The notes: generated from the sequence alone by a model not told the origin. 64,000 nucleotides of DNA from an uncultured Rhodospirillales bacterium (GCA_938092065.1 CALKND010000035.1:3128-67127); one strand, 5' to 3'; positions 1 to 11,184 are shown, numbered from the stretch's first letter. Program-made: numbers and translations.

Positions 1-221
1 GGTGCGTCATTGCGCCCTAGCCACTTGATGATTTTTATTAGTGTTGCTGGTGTCGCCCAGGGCTCAGTATGACAGGCGGAAATCTGACCGCCATTGGCAA
101 AACTGGTTTCCAAGGCTGCTCCTTGCTGGCGCTCAATAACTGTTACCTTATGGCCCGCTTTAGCAAGGTAGTATGCGGTCGTAATACCAGTCACTCCTGC
201 ACCTAGAACCAGCGTGTTCAT
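1..221 (-). CDS. FAD-dependent oxidoreductase, D-amino-acid dehydrogenase (DadA/DAO)-like; 5' part only, the gene continues past the left edge
   Basis: Own reverse-strand translation from the ATG (complement of 219-221): [74 protein letters not shown]. It has the GxGxxG FAD fold and an [11 protein letters not shown] string typical of DadA-type flavoproteins. It is absent from the ORF track because the window edge truncates it. Confidence 0.7.
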   Translation of the reverse strand, partial: MNTLVLGAGVTGITTAYYLAKAGHKVTVIERQQGAALETSFANGGQISACHTEPWATPATLIKIIKWLGRNDA

Positions 222-324
222 GAATAAAGATCCTAAGAAATATTTACTGGTCGTAAGCTAGATCAAGTTAAGGTCGAAAGAAACCTGTATGCTTTCATTA
301 TGTTGAAAAATTTTCTCCTCAACG

Positions 325-714
325 TTGAACAGATTACTAAGGCTGATAACATTGCTGTTGGTTCTGGCATTTAGGTCAATCAACTCATGGAAACTGCTGC
401 CCTGGTGGGTGGCCTTAGTGCCAGAGGCAACAAAAGGCGCCCTCATGAGACTTTCAGCTACATATGTGACCCGGGAGAAGTGTTGTGAAGAGGGGTTGTT
501 CGCTCTCGATCCTGCTGCACACTTTCATTTAAATAATGGGGCAAAAATACATCGCCTTAACTAGAAGGACTATAATTCAACAAAAGGCTTCGTGCAATCT
601 CTGGGCATAATGGTAAATTACATTTATAAATTGCGCGACTTGGGGTCAAATCACAAGGCCTGTAAATCCAATTGCAAAGTCGCAATGTCATCTAGACTAA
701 TTTCTTTTCTGTAG
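325..714 (+). pseudogene. Relic of the C-terminal end of a malonyl-CoA decarboxylase gene (in-frame TAG, N-terminal roughly two thirds missing)
   Basis: The frame of ORF 325..564 reads ALMRLSATYVTREKCCEEGLFALDPAAHFHLNNGAKIHRLN*KDYNSTKGFVQSLGIMVNYIYKLRDLGSNHKA, ending at TAG 712-714. From memory this matches the MCD C-terminal signature (human MLYCD: [60 protein letters not shown]). The internal TAG at 562-564 sits where the conserved Trp (TGG) is expected. Only about 600 nt lie between the dadA-like start and tRNA-Leu, whereas the enzyme is roughly 450 aa. Confidence 0.7.
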
Positions 715-740
715 AGCTATTCTTTGACTACTCTAGGCGA

Positions 741-768
741 TTGACAGGTTCCTTTAAATGGTTAGAGT
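741..768 (+). promoter_or_regulatory. Candidate sigma70-type promoter for tRNA-Leu (and possibly tig)
   Basis: TTGACA (741-746), a 16 nt spacer, TAGAGT (763-768), then a GC-rich discriminator TGCGCCCC. It lies about 70 nt upstream of the tRNA 5' end. Motif reading only. Confidence 0.4.
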
Positions 769-840
769 TGCGCCCCGTCTGACTGCCCCTAAAAAAAACC
801 GTCTCAAAAACAGACTTTAAGGAGCTAAGGCATTGAGAAA

Positions 841-925
841 GCGGGCGTGGTGGAATTGGTAGACACGCAGGTTTTAGGTACCTGTGACGCAAGTCGTGGA
901 GGTTCAAGTCCTCTCGCCCGCACCA
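841..925 (+). tRNA. tRNA-Leu (anticodon UAG), class II with long variable arm, CCA encoded
   Basis: Acceptor stem GCGGGCG/CGCCCGC. Anticodon stem CAGGT/ACCTG with loop TT-TAG-GT. Long variable arm, T-arm GGTTCAAGTCC, 3' ACCA. Confidence 0.93.
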
Positions 926-974
926 ACGCCTTAATAAATTATTATTATCCACCATCTTTCCGAATGGAATATCC

Positions 975-2366
975 ATGCAAGTCACTGAAACGAAAAACGA
1001 AGGCCTATTGCACGAATTTACAATCACCGTCCCTGCAGCAGAGGTTAGTTTGGCCGTTGAAAAACGTCTTAACGAATTGAAAAAAACAGCCAAGTTGCCG
1101 GGCTTTCGTCCGGGAAAAGTACCGGTTAGTATCCTTCGCAAACATTATGGCCCATCTATCATGGGTGAGGTGCTGGAGCGCACTGTTGGAGAAACGTCGC
1201 AAAAGACGATTGAAGAACGTGATTTACGTCCCATCGTACAACCTAAGATTGAAGTAGTTAAATTTGAGGATGGTTCGGACTTGGAATACACCATGTCTCT
1301 TGAAGTGATGCCTGATGTAAAACCTATGGATTTTTCTAAGGTTGAACTCCAGCGTATGGTCGTCGAACCAGATGAAGCAGAAATTAATAAAGCTCTTGAA
1401 CGTGTTGCAGATGCTCACAAAACATCCGAGCCAATCTCAAGTTCGCGCAAATCAAAAGTTGGCGATATAGTAATAATTGATTTTGTCGGAAAAGTTGATG
1501 GCGTGGAGTTTAATGGTGGCAAGGCAGAGGGTTACTCCCTTGAACTAGGTTCTGGCAGTTTTATTCCTGGCTTTGAAGATCAACTCTTGGGAGCCAAGGT
1601 CGGTGATCAAGTTGAAGTTAAAGTCAAGTTTCCGGATGAATATGCCTCGGAAGAATTAGCAGGAAAAGACGCTTTATTCGACGTAAATGTCAAAGAATTA
1701 CGCAAGGCAATTCCGGCTGCAATCAATGATGAGCTGGCCAAAAAAGTCGGCGCAGAAGATTTGAACTCTTTAAAAATAAGCTTTCGTGAGGAGCATGAGA
1801 GAGAATTCCAAAAATTGGCACGTGTGCGTATGAAGCGTTCTTTAATGGATCAACTCGAGAAAAACCATGATTTTGAAGTTCCTCAAACTATGGTGGACCG
1901 TGAGTTTGATGGCATTTGGGAGCAGTACGAGCAACACCGTAAGCAGGCCGATGAGCGGGGGCTTAAGGAAGACCCTAGCGAAGGTAAATCTGATGAAGAA
2001 CTGAGCGAAGATTTCCGCGACATTGCTAAACGTCGAGTGCGTCTTGGCCTACTGCTTGCAGAAATTGGACGAATAAACCAAATTGAAATCAATCAGCAAG
2101 ACGTCAACCGTGCTATGGTCACTGAAGCGCAGCGTTATCCGGGCCAAGAACAGATGGTTATGGAATCTTTTCAAAAGAATCCAGAAGCAGTGCAGCAGCT
2201 GAGGGAACCTTTGATGGAAGATAAAGTTGTTGATTTCATCGTTGAGCTTGCCAAAGTGACTGATAAGGTAGTTACTTTGGAAGAATTGACGGCAGAGCCC
2301 GAGAGCAAAACTCCGTTAAAAAAGAAAGTAACTAAGAAAAAAGCTTCGACTAAAAAGAAAGATTAA
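975..2366 (+). CDS. tig: Trigger factor
   Basis: 463 aa. N-terminus MQVTETKNEGL with the ribosome-binding loop GFRPGKVP. Central FKBP-type PPIase segment (DFVGKVDGVEFNGGKAEGYSLELGSGSFIPGFEDQL). Located upstream of clpP-clpX. Confidence 0.96.
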   Translation: MQVTETKNEGLLHEFTITVPAAEVSLAVEKRLNELKKTAKLPGFRPGKVPVSILRKHYGPSIMGEVLERTVGETSQKTIEERDLRPIVQPKIEVVKFEDGSDLEYTMSLEVMPDVKPMDFSKVELQRMVVEPDEAEINKALERVADAHKTSEPISSSRKSKVGDIVIIDFVGKVDGVEFNGGKAEGYSLELGSGSFIPGFEDQLLGAKVGDQVEVKVKFPDEYASEELAGKDALFDVNVKELRKAIPAAINDELAKKVGAEDLNSLKISFREEHEREFQKLARVRMKRSLMDQLEKNHDFEVPQTMVDREFDGIWEQYEQHRKQADERGLKEDPSEGKSDEELSEDFRDIAKRRVRLGLLLAEIGRINQIEINQQDVNRAMVTEAQRYPGQEQMVMESFQKNPEAVQQLREPLMEDKVVDFIVELAKVTDKVVTLEELTAEPESKTPLKKKVTKKKASTKKKD

Positions 2367-2421
2367 GATTTAATTTAAAAAAGTTTGAGTGCTTTTTAAC
2401 AGCTAAAGGTAATTATCTAAA

Positions 2422-3072
2422 ATGAGCGATCCGGTTGAAAAATATATGAGTTCTTTAGTACCCATGGTCGTTGAGACGACGAACCGTGGGGAACGTGCCT
2501 ATGACATTTTCTCCAGGCTTCTGAAAGAACGAATCATCTTTCTTACTGGTGGTGTTGATGATGGTGTTGCCAGCCTTGTTTGTGCTCAATTGCTGTTTCT
2601 TGAATCAGAAAATCCCACTAAGGACATTTCCTTTTATATTAATTCGCCGGGTGGCATCGTTACATCTGGTTTGGCTATTTATGACACTATGCATTATATT
2701 CGTCCCGATGTTTCAACGGTTTGCATTGGTCAGGCAGCCTCAATGGGTTCCTTTCTTTTGTGCGCTGGCGCCAAAGGTAAACGTTTTTCTTTGCCCAATG
2801 CCCGCGTTATGATCCATCAGCCTTCTGGTGGCGCACAAGGGCAGGCCACAGATATTGAAATTCAGGCTAAGGAAATTCTTTCGTTGCGCTCAAGACTTAA
2901 TGCTATTTATGCAGAAAATACAGGACAGCCTATTAAAGTTATTGAGGAAGCGGTTGAGCGCGATAATTTTCTTTCTCCCGAAGAAGCAAAGGTTTTTGGT
3001 TTGATTGATGAAGTTGTTATCAGTCGTCCAGTTACAGAGGAGGATGAAACTGAGACAAAAAAAGATAAATAA
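2422..3072 (+). CDS. clpP: ATP-dependent Clp protease proteolytic subunit
   Basis: 216 aa. Catalytic Ser context [11 protein letters not shown] and His context MIHQPSGG. Adjacent to clpX. Confidence 0.97.
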   Translation: MSDPVEKYMSSLVPMVVETTNRGERAYDIFSRLLKERIIFLTGGVDDGVASLVCAQLLFLESENPTKDISFYINSPGGIVTSGLAIYDTMHYIRPDVSTVCIGQAASMGSFLLCAGAKGKRFSLPNARVMIHQPSGGAQGQATDIEIQAKEILSLRSRLNAIYAENTGQPIKVIEEAVERDNFLSPEEAKVFGLIDEVVISRPVTEEDETETKKDK

Positions 3073-3214
3073 GTGTTTTTTTTATTGTTTTAAGCCTGTC
3101 TTAACGATCATCATATGATTGTTTATAAAGAAGATTCTTTTTAATCCTCTTCAGCGGGTAATATATTGTTAAGTACCTTTTTTGAGGCGGCATTAATTTA
3201 ACAACGGAGCTTAC

Positions 3215-4480
3215 ATGGCCAAGGCCCCCAGCGGAGATACAAAAAATACGCTTTACTGCTCTTTTTGCGGTAAGAGTCAACACGAAGTCCGTAAGCTTAT
3301 TGCCGGTCCAACAGTTTTTATTTGTGATGAATGTGTTGAACTATGCATGGATATTATTCGCGAGGAACACAAGACCGCTTTGGTTAAATCAGGTGATGGC
3401 GTTCCAACACCTCTTGAAATTAGTTCTGTCCTTGATGATTATGTCATTGGTCAATCACACGCCAAGCGCGTACTAGCGGTTGCAGTTCACAATCATTATA
3501 AGCGCTTGGGTCACATCAGCGATGGTAATGAAGTTGAACTTGCTAAATCAAATATTCTTCTAGTAGGCCCTACCGGTTGTGGAAAAACTTTACTGGCTCA
3601 AACACTTGCGCGTGTGCTTGATGTGCCTTTCACCATGGCCGATGCCACAACGTTGACTGAGGCAGGTTACGTTGGTGAAGATGTGGAAAATATTATTTTA
3701 AAGTTATTGCAATCGGCCGAATACAATGTTGAACGTGCACAACGTGGCATTGTATATATTGATGAAGTCGACAAGATTTCCAGAAAGTCTGATAATCCCT
3801 CGATTACACGTGATGTTTCGGGTGAAGGGGTTCAGCAGGCTTTGCTGAAAATTATGGAAGGCACTGTTGCTAGTGTTCCGCCTCAGGGAGGGCGCAAACA
3901 CCCACAACAGGAATTCCTGCAGGTAGACACCACCAATATTTTGTTCATTTGTGGTGGTGCTTTTGCTGGCTTGGATAAAATTATTTCCAATCGTGGCAAA
4001 GGCATAAGCATTGGTTTTGGTGCAGATGTGCGCTCACCCGAAGAACGTAACACAGGTGAAATTCTGCGTGATGTAGAGCCTGAAGATCTGTTAAAATTTG
4101 GCTTGATACCAGAATTTGTTGGTCGTTTGCCAGTTTTGGCTACTCTTGACGATTTAGATTCAGGTGCACTGATCGAAATTCTGACTGCGCCAAAGAATGC
4201 TTTAGTCAAGCAGTATCAAAGCCTGTTTGAGATGGAAGACGTACGTTTAAATTTTACAGAAGGAGCACTTGAAAGCATTGCCAAGATGGCTGTTGTGCGT
4301 AAAACAGGCGCTCGTGGCTTGCGATCAATTATGGAAAATATACTTTTAGACACAATGTATGATCTTCCGGGTCTTGAAGGTGTAGAAGAAATAATGATTA
4401 ATAAGGAAGTTGTGGAAGAGAGTGCAACGCCATTGCTCATTTATGCAGACCGCAGTGAAGACTTGGGTACAAGTGCCTAA
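3215..4480 (+). CDS. clpX: ATP-dependent Clp protease ATP-binding subunit ClpX
   Basis: 421 aa. N-terminal C4 zinc finger [11 protein letters not shown]...CDECVELC, Walker A GPTGCGKT, Walker [10 protein letters not shown]. Confidence 0.97.
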   Translation: MAKAPSGDTKNTLYCSFCGKSQHEVRKLIAGPTVFICDECVELCMDIIREEHKTALVKSGDGVPTPLEISSVLDDYVIGQSHAKRVLAVAVHNHYKRLGHISDGNEVELAKSNILLVGPTGCGKTLLAQTLARVLDVPFTMADATTLTEAGYVGEDVENIILKLLQSAEYNVERAQRGIVYIDEVDKISRKSDNPSITRDVSGEGVQQALLKIMEGTVASVPPQGGRKHPQQEFLQVDTTNILFICGGAFAGLDKIISNRGKGISIGFGADVRSPEERNTGEILRDVEPEDLLKFGLIPEFVGRLPVLATLDDLDSGALIEILTAPKNALVKQYQSLFEMEDVRLNFTEGALESIAKMAVVRKTGARGLRSIMENILLDTMYDLPGLEGVEEIMINKEVVEESATPLLIYADRSEDLGTSA

Positions 4481-4535
4481 TTTTGGTATTTTTTGTCGAT
4501 TAAAGTATAAAATATTAAATTTTAAATCTAACTCA

Positions 4536-4567
4536 CCCTTGAAGCTTATCTTTAATTAGCCCATTTT
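4536..4567 (+). promoter_or_regulatory. Candidate RpoH (sigma32) heat-shock promoter of lon
   Basis: CCCTTGAA (4536-4543), a 15-16 nt spacer, then GCCCATTTT (4559-4567). This is close to the enterobacterial sigma32 consensus CCCTTGAA-N13-17-CCCCATNT. It lies about 95 nt upstream of the lon ATG. lon is a classic sigma32 regulon member. Confidence 0.5.
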
Positions 4568-4662
4568 ATTACTAGTAGATTCTTCAAATTTGAGGTTTTC
4601 ATAACTTTTCATAATATTTCATTGGTCATGTTTTACCAATGTACTTTTAAGCTAGAGGCACC

Positions 4663-7065
4663 ATGACATCTTCTCAAAAAGGCAATAAATACCCCGTTCT
4701 TCCCCTTCGCGACATTGTAGTTTTTCCGCACATGATCGTACCTTTGTTTGTTGGACGTGATAAATCCGTCAATGCTCTTGAAGATGTCATGCATGACGAC
4801 AAACAGGTTCTTCTGCTCACACAAAAAAATGCTGCTGAAGATGACCCTACAGTAGCCGATATTTACGAAGTTGGAACTGTTGCGACAGTTCTTCAGCTTT
4901 TAAAACTGCCTGACGGCACAGTCAAGGTGCTTGTTGAAGGAGTTCAGCGTGCACATGTTGAAAATTATCTTGAAAACAATAATTTTTTTGAAGCTCAGGC
5001 TACTCTGATGGAAGAGCCTGAAAATGGGGGAGACGTTCTTGAAGCATTATCTCGCTCCGTGATTTCTCAATTTGATCAGTACATAAAGTTGAACAGAAAA
5101 ATACCGTCGGAGGCTCTGGTTTCCATAAATCAAATTGATGAACCCGGTAAGCTGGCTGACACAATTGCTTCGCATCTGGCGTTGAAGATCTCAGAAAAGC
5201 AGGAACTACTGGAAACGAAATCTGTTACTGAGCGTCTTGAACGCGTTTATTCTCTTATGGAGTCGGAAATCGGTGTCCTTCAAGTTGAAAAGAAAATACG
5301 TAATCGCGTCAAACGACAGATGGAAAAGACACAACGAGAATACTATTTGAATGAGCAACTTAAAGCCATTCAGAAAGAACTGGGTGAAGGGGAAGATGGT
5401 AAAGATGAAACTCAGGAGCTTGAGGAGCGAGTTGCCAAGACTAGGCTCTCACGAGAAGCCAAGGAAAAAACTATCGCTGAACTGAAAAAACTCAAAAACA
5501 TGAGCCCGATGTCAGCCGAAGCAACTGTTGTGCGAAATTACTTAGACTGGATGCTATCCATTCCTTGGAAAAAGCGTTCACGCATCAACAAGGACATTAA
5601 GAAAGCGCAAGAACTGCTTGATGATGATCATTATGGTCTGGAAAAAGTCAAAGACAGGATACTTGAGTATTTGGCTGTTCAACATCGGACTAACAAGATT
5701 AAGGGGCCTATTTTATGTCTCGTTGGCCCCCCAGGCGTCGGAAAAACATCGCTTGGTAAATCTATCGCTAATGCCACTGGAAGAAACTATGTTCGAATGT
5801 CTTTAGGTGGTGTTCGTGATGAATCAGAAATCCGCGGGCATCGGCGGACATACATTGGTTCCATGCCGGGAAAGGTTGTTCAGGGTATGAAGAAAGCGAA
5901 GGCCTCAAATCCACTGTTTCTTCTCGATGAGGTTGACAAAATGGGACAGGATTGGAGAGGTGATCCTGCATCAGCTTTACTTGAAGTGCTTGATCCTGAG
6001 CAAAATTCGACTTTTAACGATCATTACTTAGAGGTTGACTACGAACTTTCAGACGTAATGTTTGTGACTACTGCAAATACAATGAATATGCCTGGCCCTT
6101 TACTCGATCGTATGGAGATTATTCGCCTGTCCGGTTATACGGAAGACGAAAAAATCGAAATAGCCAAGCGCCACTTAATCAACAAACAGCTTAAAACTCA
6201 TGGCTTGAAAAAAAATGAGTGGTCGATATCTGACGCAGCAATCAGAGATCTCATTCGCTATTACACACGCGAGGCTGGTGTGCGTAATCTTGAGCGGGAG
6301 CTTGCTAACCTAACTCGAAAGGCAATTAAAGACATTATGATGAATGATACTGTCAAAATTGCCGTTACCCAGAAGAACTTAGAAAAATTTGCTGGCATTA
6401 AGCGTTTTCGTTATGGAGAGATAGAGAGTGATGACCTTGTTGGGGTTGTTACTGGACTAGCGTGGACAGAAGTTGGCGGAGAGTTACTCTCTATTGAAGC
6501 GGTTATGATGCCTGGTAAAGGTAAAATGAATATTACTGGAAAACTTGGCGATGTTATGCAGGAATCTATTCGGGCTGCAAAATCCTTTGTGCAGTCACGT
6601 GCACTTTATTTTGGCATAACTCCACCAATGTTTACGACCAAGGATATCCATGTGCACGTACCAGAAGGTGCAACACCCAAAGATGGTCCTTCTGCGGGTG
6701 TTGGTATGGTTACGTCTATTGTTTCTGTGTTGACAGGTATTGCTGTGCGTAAGGATGTAGCTATGACGGGTGAAATAACTTTGCGTGGACGGGTTCTGCC
6801 CATTGGTGGTTTAAAAGAAAAACTTTTGGCGGCCCTTCGTGGTGGCATAAAGACAGTTCTAATTCCTTACGAAAACGAAAAGGATTTAGCTGATATACCT
6901 GACAACGTCAAAGAGGGGATAACTATTATACCCGTGAGTAGTGCAGAAGAAGTTCTGAAGCATGCTTTAGTTTCTAAGTTGACGCCAGTGGAATGGACCA
7001 AGGAAATGGAGGCAGCTGCCCTAGCCATTGCCAGAGGAAATAGCACCAACGACGTCGTCCACTAA
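4663..7065 (+). CDS. lon: Lon protease (LonA type)
   Basis: 800 aa. N-domain [23 protein letters not shown], Walker [10 protein letters not shown], Walker [10 protein letters not shown], protease Ser context KDGPSAGV. Confidence 0.97.
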   Translation: MTSSQKGNKYPVLPLRDIVVFPHMIVPLFVGRDKSVNALEDVMHDDKQVLLLTQKNAAEDDPTVADIYEVGTVATVLQLLKLPDGTVKVLVEGVQRAHVENYLENNNFFEAQATLMEEPENGGDVLEALSRSVISQFDQYIKLNRKIPSEALVSINQIDEPGKLADTIASHLALKISEKQELLETKSVTERLERVYSLMESEIGVLQVEKKIRNRVKRQMEKTQREYYLNEQLKAIQKELGEGEDGKDETQELEERVAKTRLSREAKEKTIAELKKLKNMSPMSAEATVVRNYLDWMLSIPWKKRSRINKDIKKAQELLDDDHYGLEKVKDRILEYLAVQHRTNKIKGPILCLVGPPGVGKTSLGKSIANATGRNYVRMSLGGVRDESEIRGHRRTYIGSMPGKVVQGMKKAKASNPLFLLDEVDKMGQDWRGDPASALLEVLDPEQNSTFNDHYLEVDYELSDVMFVTTANTMNMPGPLLDRMEIIRLSGYTEDEKIEIAKRHLINKQLKTHGLKKNEWSISDAAIRDLIRYYTREAGVRNLERELANLTRKAIKDIMMNDTVKIAVTQKNLEKFAGIKRFRYGEIESDDLVGVVTGLAWTEVGGELLSIEAVMMPGKGKMNITGKLGDVMQESIRAAKSFVQSRALYFGITPPMFTTKDIHVHVPEGATPKDGPSAGVGMVTSIVSVLTGIAVRKDVAMTGEITLRGRVLPIGGLKEKLLAALRGGIKTVLIPYENEKDLADIPDNVKEGITIIPVSSAEEVLKHALVSKLTPVEWTKEMEAAALAIARGNSTNDVVH

Positions 7066-7363
7066 ACATGGTTTTCAAAAAAACGAATCGCAACTTTTTT
7101 TAGTTCTTGCTCGGGCAAACTTGACGAAAGACATGATCAAAACAAGGAAGTTGTTTTTTTTTAATAAAGACTACTTAAACCATAGATTGTCTGATGAAAG
7201 AGAAACCTCTCTAACATATGTCTGTGTGTCTAGTGCATTTCGCTGATTTCACAATGACTTATGGTAACCAACAAGGTAAATAATTTAAAAAAAAATATTT
7301 CTGACCGTGACAACTAAAAAGTTAAAGTCTTAAAAAAAACTTCAAAAAACATTGGTTGATCAA

Positions 7364-7391
7364 TTGACGCAAGTAAAATTTAGTCTATAAA
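7364..7391 (+). promoter_or_regulatory. Candidate sigma70-type promoter of the HU gene
   Basis: TTGACG (7364-7369), a 16 nt spacer, TATAAA (7386-7391). About 85 nt upstream of the TTG start. Motif reading only, in an AT-rich background. Confidence 0.3.
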
Positions 7392-7475
7392 AATGACTGT
7401 GTTTAGTATTTTAAGTTGTTACATCTCAATACAATTTAACACTTTTTTGTAATCTCAAATAATAGGGGGACTATC

Positions 7476-7748
7476 TTGAATAAGAATGATCTAGTTGCCG
7501 CCGTTGCAGATAGCACTGGACTTTCGAAGTCTGATTCAGCAAAAGCAGTTGATGGGGTTTTTGAATCCATCTCTGCCTCTCTAGCTAAGAAAGAAGAAGT
7601 CCGTCTTGTCGGTTTTGGCACTTTTACTGTTGCTCACCGAAAGGCCTCTATGGGTCGCAATCCGCGTACTGGTGAAGCTATCCAAATTAAAGCCTCCAAC
7701 CAGCCTAAATTTAAAGCTGGTAAAGGTCTGAAGGACGTCGTTAACTAA
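7476..7748 (+). CDS. hup: Nucleoid-associated DNA-binding protein HU
   Basis: 90 aa, MNKNDLVAAVADSTGLSKSDSAKAVDGVFESI...GFGTFTVAHRKASMGRNPRTGEAIQIKASNQPKFKAGKGLKD, the canonical HU/IHF fold signature. TTG start at 7476, preceded by the SD AGGGGGA (7464-7470). Confidence 0.95.
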   Translation: MNKNDLVAAVADSTGLSKSDSAKAVDGVFESISASLAKKEEVRLVGFGTFTVAHRKASMGRNPRTGEAIQIKASNQPKFKAGKGLKDVVN

Positions 7749-7778
7749 TTTTTAGTTTGTAGCAAAAAAGTAATGATG

Positions 7779-7812
7779 CCAGTCATGCTTTTACGGCGTG
7801 ACTGGTATTTTT
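7779..7812 (+). terminator. Rho-independent terminator after the HU gene
   Basis: Stem CCAGTCATGC / GCGTGACTGG (10 bp including one G-U) with loop TTTTACG, followed by TATTTTTA. Confidence 0.65.
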
Positions 7813-7887
7813 ACTTTGTCGCTGGCAAAATTTACAGCTAGTCTCTATGAAATGATAAATAGTTTATAATATTTACGTAAAAGCTTT

Positions 7888-7963
7888 GGGCGATTAGCTC
7901 AGTTGGTAGAGCATCTCGTTTACACCGAGAATGTCGGCGGTTCGAGCCCGTCATCGCCCACCA
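7888..7963 (+). tRNA. tRNA-Val (anticodon UAC)
   Basis: Acceptor GGGCGAT/ATCGCCC, D-arm AGCTCAGTTGGTAGAGC, anticodon loop TT-TAC-AC, T-arm GGTTCGAGCCC, 3' ACCA. 76 nt. Confidence 0.93.
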
Positions 7964-8080
7964 TTATCTTTTGCAATTCGTGGTTGTTATACGTTGACCC
8001 TAATTTTTTCGTTGTTCATGTCTTGACACCTACATAAGGGGTCGTTAAATCATCGTTTTCCCAAGGGCAAAGAAGTTGTT

Positions 8081-8157
<77 letters not shown>

Positions 8158-8404
8158 TTAATTCATTTTGTCTTTTAAGACCTCACAAGGTTATTTGGAC
8201 ACTAATTATACATCAATTGTGTTTTTAGGTGAGTTGAAGCTGCCCTCATGATCAAAACATCTTGCTTGGATGATTTTTTATCATAAAGAACTAGTGGCCC
8301 CACACTGATTTATAGTGTGCATAATTACATGAATGTCGTATTTTAAGTTATGACATTTTTAATAAAGTGATCGTTATTATCAAAGGTAGCGTATAGAGAT
8401 TATA

Positions 8405-8773
8405 ATGATGGATGGTCTACTTTTACAATATCTCCCCATACTAATTTTTTTGGGAATAGCCATTGTCTTATCCGGCATTTTTATTGGTGGTTCTTATTTG
8501 GTAGCCAGCCAACGTCCTGATATTGAAAAGACTTCGGCTTACGAGTGTGGTTTTGATGCTTTTGACGATGCGCGGCGTCAATTTGACGTGCGTTTTTATT
8601 TGGTTGCTATTCTTTTTATCATTTTTGATCTTGAAGTAGCTTTTTTGTTTCCATGGGCAATCTCTCTTGGGGAAATTGGAGTCTTTGGCTTCTGGTCAAT
8701 GATGTTTTTCTTTGGTGTTCTTACGATTGGTTTTATTTACGAATGGCGCAAAGGAGCTCTTGAATGGGAGTGA
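8405..8773 (+). CDS. nuoA: NADH-quinone oxidoreductase subunit A
   Basis: 122 aa with three hydrophobic helices and a conserved YECGF segment. First gene of a 14-gene nuo cluster. Confidence 0.93.
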   Translation: MMDGLLLQYLPILIFLGIAIVLSGIFIGGSYLVASQRPDIEKTSAYECGFDAFDDARRQFDVRFYLVAILFIIFDLEVAFLFPWAISLGEIGVFGFWSMMFFFGVLTIGFIYEWRKGALEWE

Positions 8774-9303
8774 TAGATACGAGTAAACCAATCCCACAAG
8801 GTGCTGACCAGGACATAGTGCTCAATCAGGTTACTGGTGAGTTAACTGACAAGGGATTTGTTGTTGCCAGCCTTGACCATGTTGTCAATTGGGCGCGTAC
8901 AGGTTCATTGTGGCCAATGACATTTGGTCTTGCGTGTTGTGCTGTCGAAATGATTCACGCTTATATGCCACGATATGATCTCGATCGTTTTGGAGTTGTG
9001 CCAAGGCCATCACCACGTCAGTCTGATGTTATTATTGTGGCTGGAACCTTAACCAATAAGATGGCTCCAGCTTTTCGCAAAGTCTATGATCAGATGTCTG
9101 AGCCACGCTACGTCATTTCAATGGGGTCATGCGCCAATGGCGGGGGTTACTATCATTATTCTTATTCTGTTGTGCGTGGTTGCGACCGTGTAGTTCCTGT
9201 GGATGTTTATGTACCAGGTTGTCCGCCAACAGCTGAAGCACTAGTTTATGGTGTTCTTCAGTTACAAAAGAAAATTAAACGAACTGGCACTCTTTGGCGT
9301 TAA
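8764..9303 (+). CDS. nuoB: NADH-quinone oxidoreductase subunit B
   Basis: 179 aa. N2 cluster ligand contexts [19 protein letters not shown] and GCPP. Confidence 0.96.
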   Translation: MGVIDTSKPIPQGADQDIVLNQVTGELTDKGFVVASLDHVVNWARTGSLWPMTFGLACCAVEMIHAYMPRYDLDRFGVVPRPSPRQSDVIIVAGTLTNKMAPAFRKVYDQMSEPRYVISMGSCANGGGYYHYSYSVVRGCDRVVPVDVYVPGCPPTAEALVYGVLQLQKKIKRTGTLWR

Positions 9304-9371
9304 TTAAACATTCAACACAAATATGATGAAATTTTAAATTAGGTTCTTAAATAAAGGGACGCTGAGGATAC

Positions 9372-10004
9372 ATGGATCAGGCTCTTAGAGGTTTAGGTGA
9401 AATTATTACCTTGTCATTACCCAATGAGGTAACTACGGCAGAGCAAATCAATGGTGAGCTTTGTATTAATGCCCACAGGGAAACAATCATTAAGGTAATG
9501 ACCTTCCTTCGTGACGATGTTAATTGTCAATTTAAAGTTTTACTTGATGTTTGTGGCGTTGACTATCCAGACCGTGATGAACGTTTCGATATCGTCTACA
9601 ACCTGCTTTCCATGACACATAACCAACGTGTCAGGGTCAAGATACGCACGCACGAAAAAACACCTGTGCCGTCTGTAGTTTCTGTGTTCAGTTCTGCCAA
9701 CTGGTGGGAACGCGAAACCTGGGACTTGCTAGGTGTATATTTTTCAGGTCATCCGGACTTACGCCGTATATTAACTGACTATGGTTTTGAAGGGCATCCT
9801 CTTCGCAAGGATTTTCCACTTAGTGGTTACGTGGAAGTTCGTTATGACGATGAGAAAAAGCGTGTCGTCTACGAACCTGTAAAGATGGCCCAAGATTTTC
9901 GTAATTTTGATTTCATGAGCCCCTGGGAAGCTATGGACGCACCATTGCCGGGTGATGAAAAAGCTGAAGATGCTAATGACACTTCCAGTGAGGGAGTTAG
10001 TTGA
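9372..10004 (+). CDS. nuoC: NADH-quinone oxidoreductase subunit C
   Basis: 210 aa. 30-kDa subunit signature [45 protein letters not shown]. Separate from nuoD, not a fused nuoCD. Confidence 0.95.
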   Translation: MDQALRGLGEIITLSLPNEVTTAEQINGELCINAHRETIIKVMTFLRDDVNCQFKVLLDVCGVDYPDRDERFDIVYNLLSMTHNQRVRVKIRTHEKTPVPSVVSVFSSANWWERETWDLLGVYFSGHPDLRRILTDYGFEGHPLRKDFPLSGYVEVRYDDEKKRVVYEPVKMAQDFRNFDFMSPWEAMDAPLPGDEKAEDANDTSSEGVS

Positions 10005-10005
10005 G

Positions 10006-11184
10006 GTGGCTGAAAAGCATATTAAAAATTACAACCTTAACTTTGGACCTCAGCACCCATCTGCTCATGGTGTTTTGCGCCTTGTACTAGAACTGGATGG
10101 TGAAGTAATTGAACGTGCTGATCCACACATAGGCTTATTACACCGGGGCACTGAAAAACTAATAGAGCATAAAACTTATTCTCAGGCCTTGCCTTACTTT
10201 GACCGCCTTGATTATGTTTCACCGCAATGTCAGGAGCATGCTTTCGTTTTGGCAACGGAAAAACTTTTAAGCATAAAAGCTTCACCACGAGGCCAATATA
10301 TTCGTGTGTTGTTTTCAGAAATTGGTCGTGAACTAAATCACATGTTTTCAGTTTGTGCCTTTGCAATGGACTTAGGGGCAATGACGCCAATGCTCTGGGC
10401 CTGCGAAGAGCGTGAAAAGCTTATGGAGTTTTGTGAAAGGGTATCCGGCGCACGTCTTCACATGGCTTATTTTCGCACTGGCGGTGTAGCTTGTGATCTT
10501 CCCGATGGTCTGGCTGACGATATTGCTCAATGGTGTGAAGTATTTCCAATGGTGATTGACGATATCGAAATGTTGCTCACCAACAATAGAATTTTCAAGC
10601 AGCGCACTATTGACATTGGTGGCTTGAGTGCTGAGGAAGCTATGGACTGGGGTTTTAGTGGACCTAATTTACGAGCCTGTGGCGTTCCGTGGGATCTTCG
10701 TAAATCTCAGCCATATGATGTTTACGAGACTATGGATTTCGATATCCCTGTTGGCAAAACTGGTGACTGTTACGACCGTTACTTGGTTCGGATTGCTGAA
10801 ATGCGTGAATCATTAAAAATTATCAAACAATGCTTAGCCGAAATGCCCAAAGGTCCTGTAAGAATGGAGAACCACAAGATTACTCCGCCTTCCAGGAGTG
10901 ATATGAAAAATTCCATGGAATCCCTAATTCATCACTTTAAGTTATTTACTGAGGGCTATCACGTTCCAGTTGGTGAAACCTATACTGCTGTTGAGGCACC
11001 AAAAGGTGAGTTCGGTGTATACATTGTATCCGATGGTACAAACAAACCCTATCGCTGCAAGATTCGTCCACCAGGTTTTGCACATTTGCAGGCTCTTGAA
11101 TTTATCTCTAATGGCTACATGCTTGCAGACGTAGTTGCCAACATTGGCTCACTAGATATTGTTTTTGGAGAGATCGATCGATGA
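10006..11184 (+). CDS. nuoD: NADH-quinone oxidoreductase subunit D
   Basis: 49-kDa subunit with [22 protein letters not shown] near the N-terminus. I place the start at GTG 10006, with SD GAGGGAG at 9990-9996, directly after the nuoC stop. The track ORF starting at 9952 would overlap nuoC by 53 nt. Confidence 0.93.
   Translation: MAEKHIKNYNLNFGPQHPSAHGVLRLVLELDGEVIERADPHIGLLHRGTEKLIEHKTYSQALPYFDRLDYVSPQCQEHAFVLATEKLLSIKASPRGQYIRVLFSEIGRELNHMFSVCAFAMDLGAMTPMLWACEEREKLMEFCERVSGARLHMAYFRTGGVACDLPDGLADDIAQWCEVFPMVIDDIEMLLTNNRIFKQRTIDIGGLSAEEAMDWGFSGPNLRACGVPWDLRKSQPYDVYETMDFDIPVGKTGDCYDRYLVRIAEMRESLKIIKQCLAEMPKGPVRMENHKITPPSRSDMKNSMESLIHHFKLFTEGYHVPVGETYTAVEAPKGEFGVYIVSDGTNKPYRCKIRPPGFAHLQALEFISNGYMLADVVANIGSLDIVFGEIDR

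Noticed and set aside
728-1141. 137-aa reverse-strand ORF
   Set aside because: It overlaps tRNA-Leu completely and also the tig start. It is an antisense shadow with no recognisable domain.
7028-7246. 72-aa ORF spanning the lon stop
   Set aside because: It overlaps the lon 3' end in another frame, then runs through homopolymer-rich AT DNA. It has no SD.
9952-10005. Upstream extensions of track ORFs: nuoD from 9952, nusB from 51436, thiL from 51956, the Cbp3-like gene from 54120
   Set aside because: Each extension overlaps the preceding gene by 40-50 nt. Each lacks similarity to the family N-terminus. In-frame downstream starts sit right after or overlap the upstream stop, which fits translational coupling.
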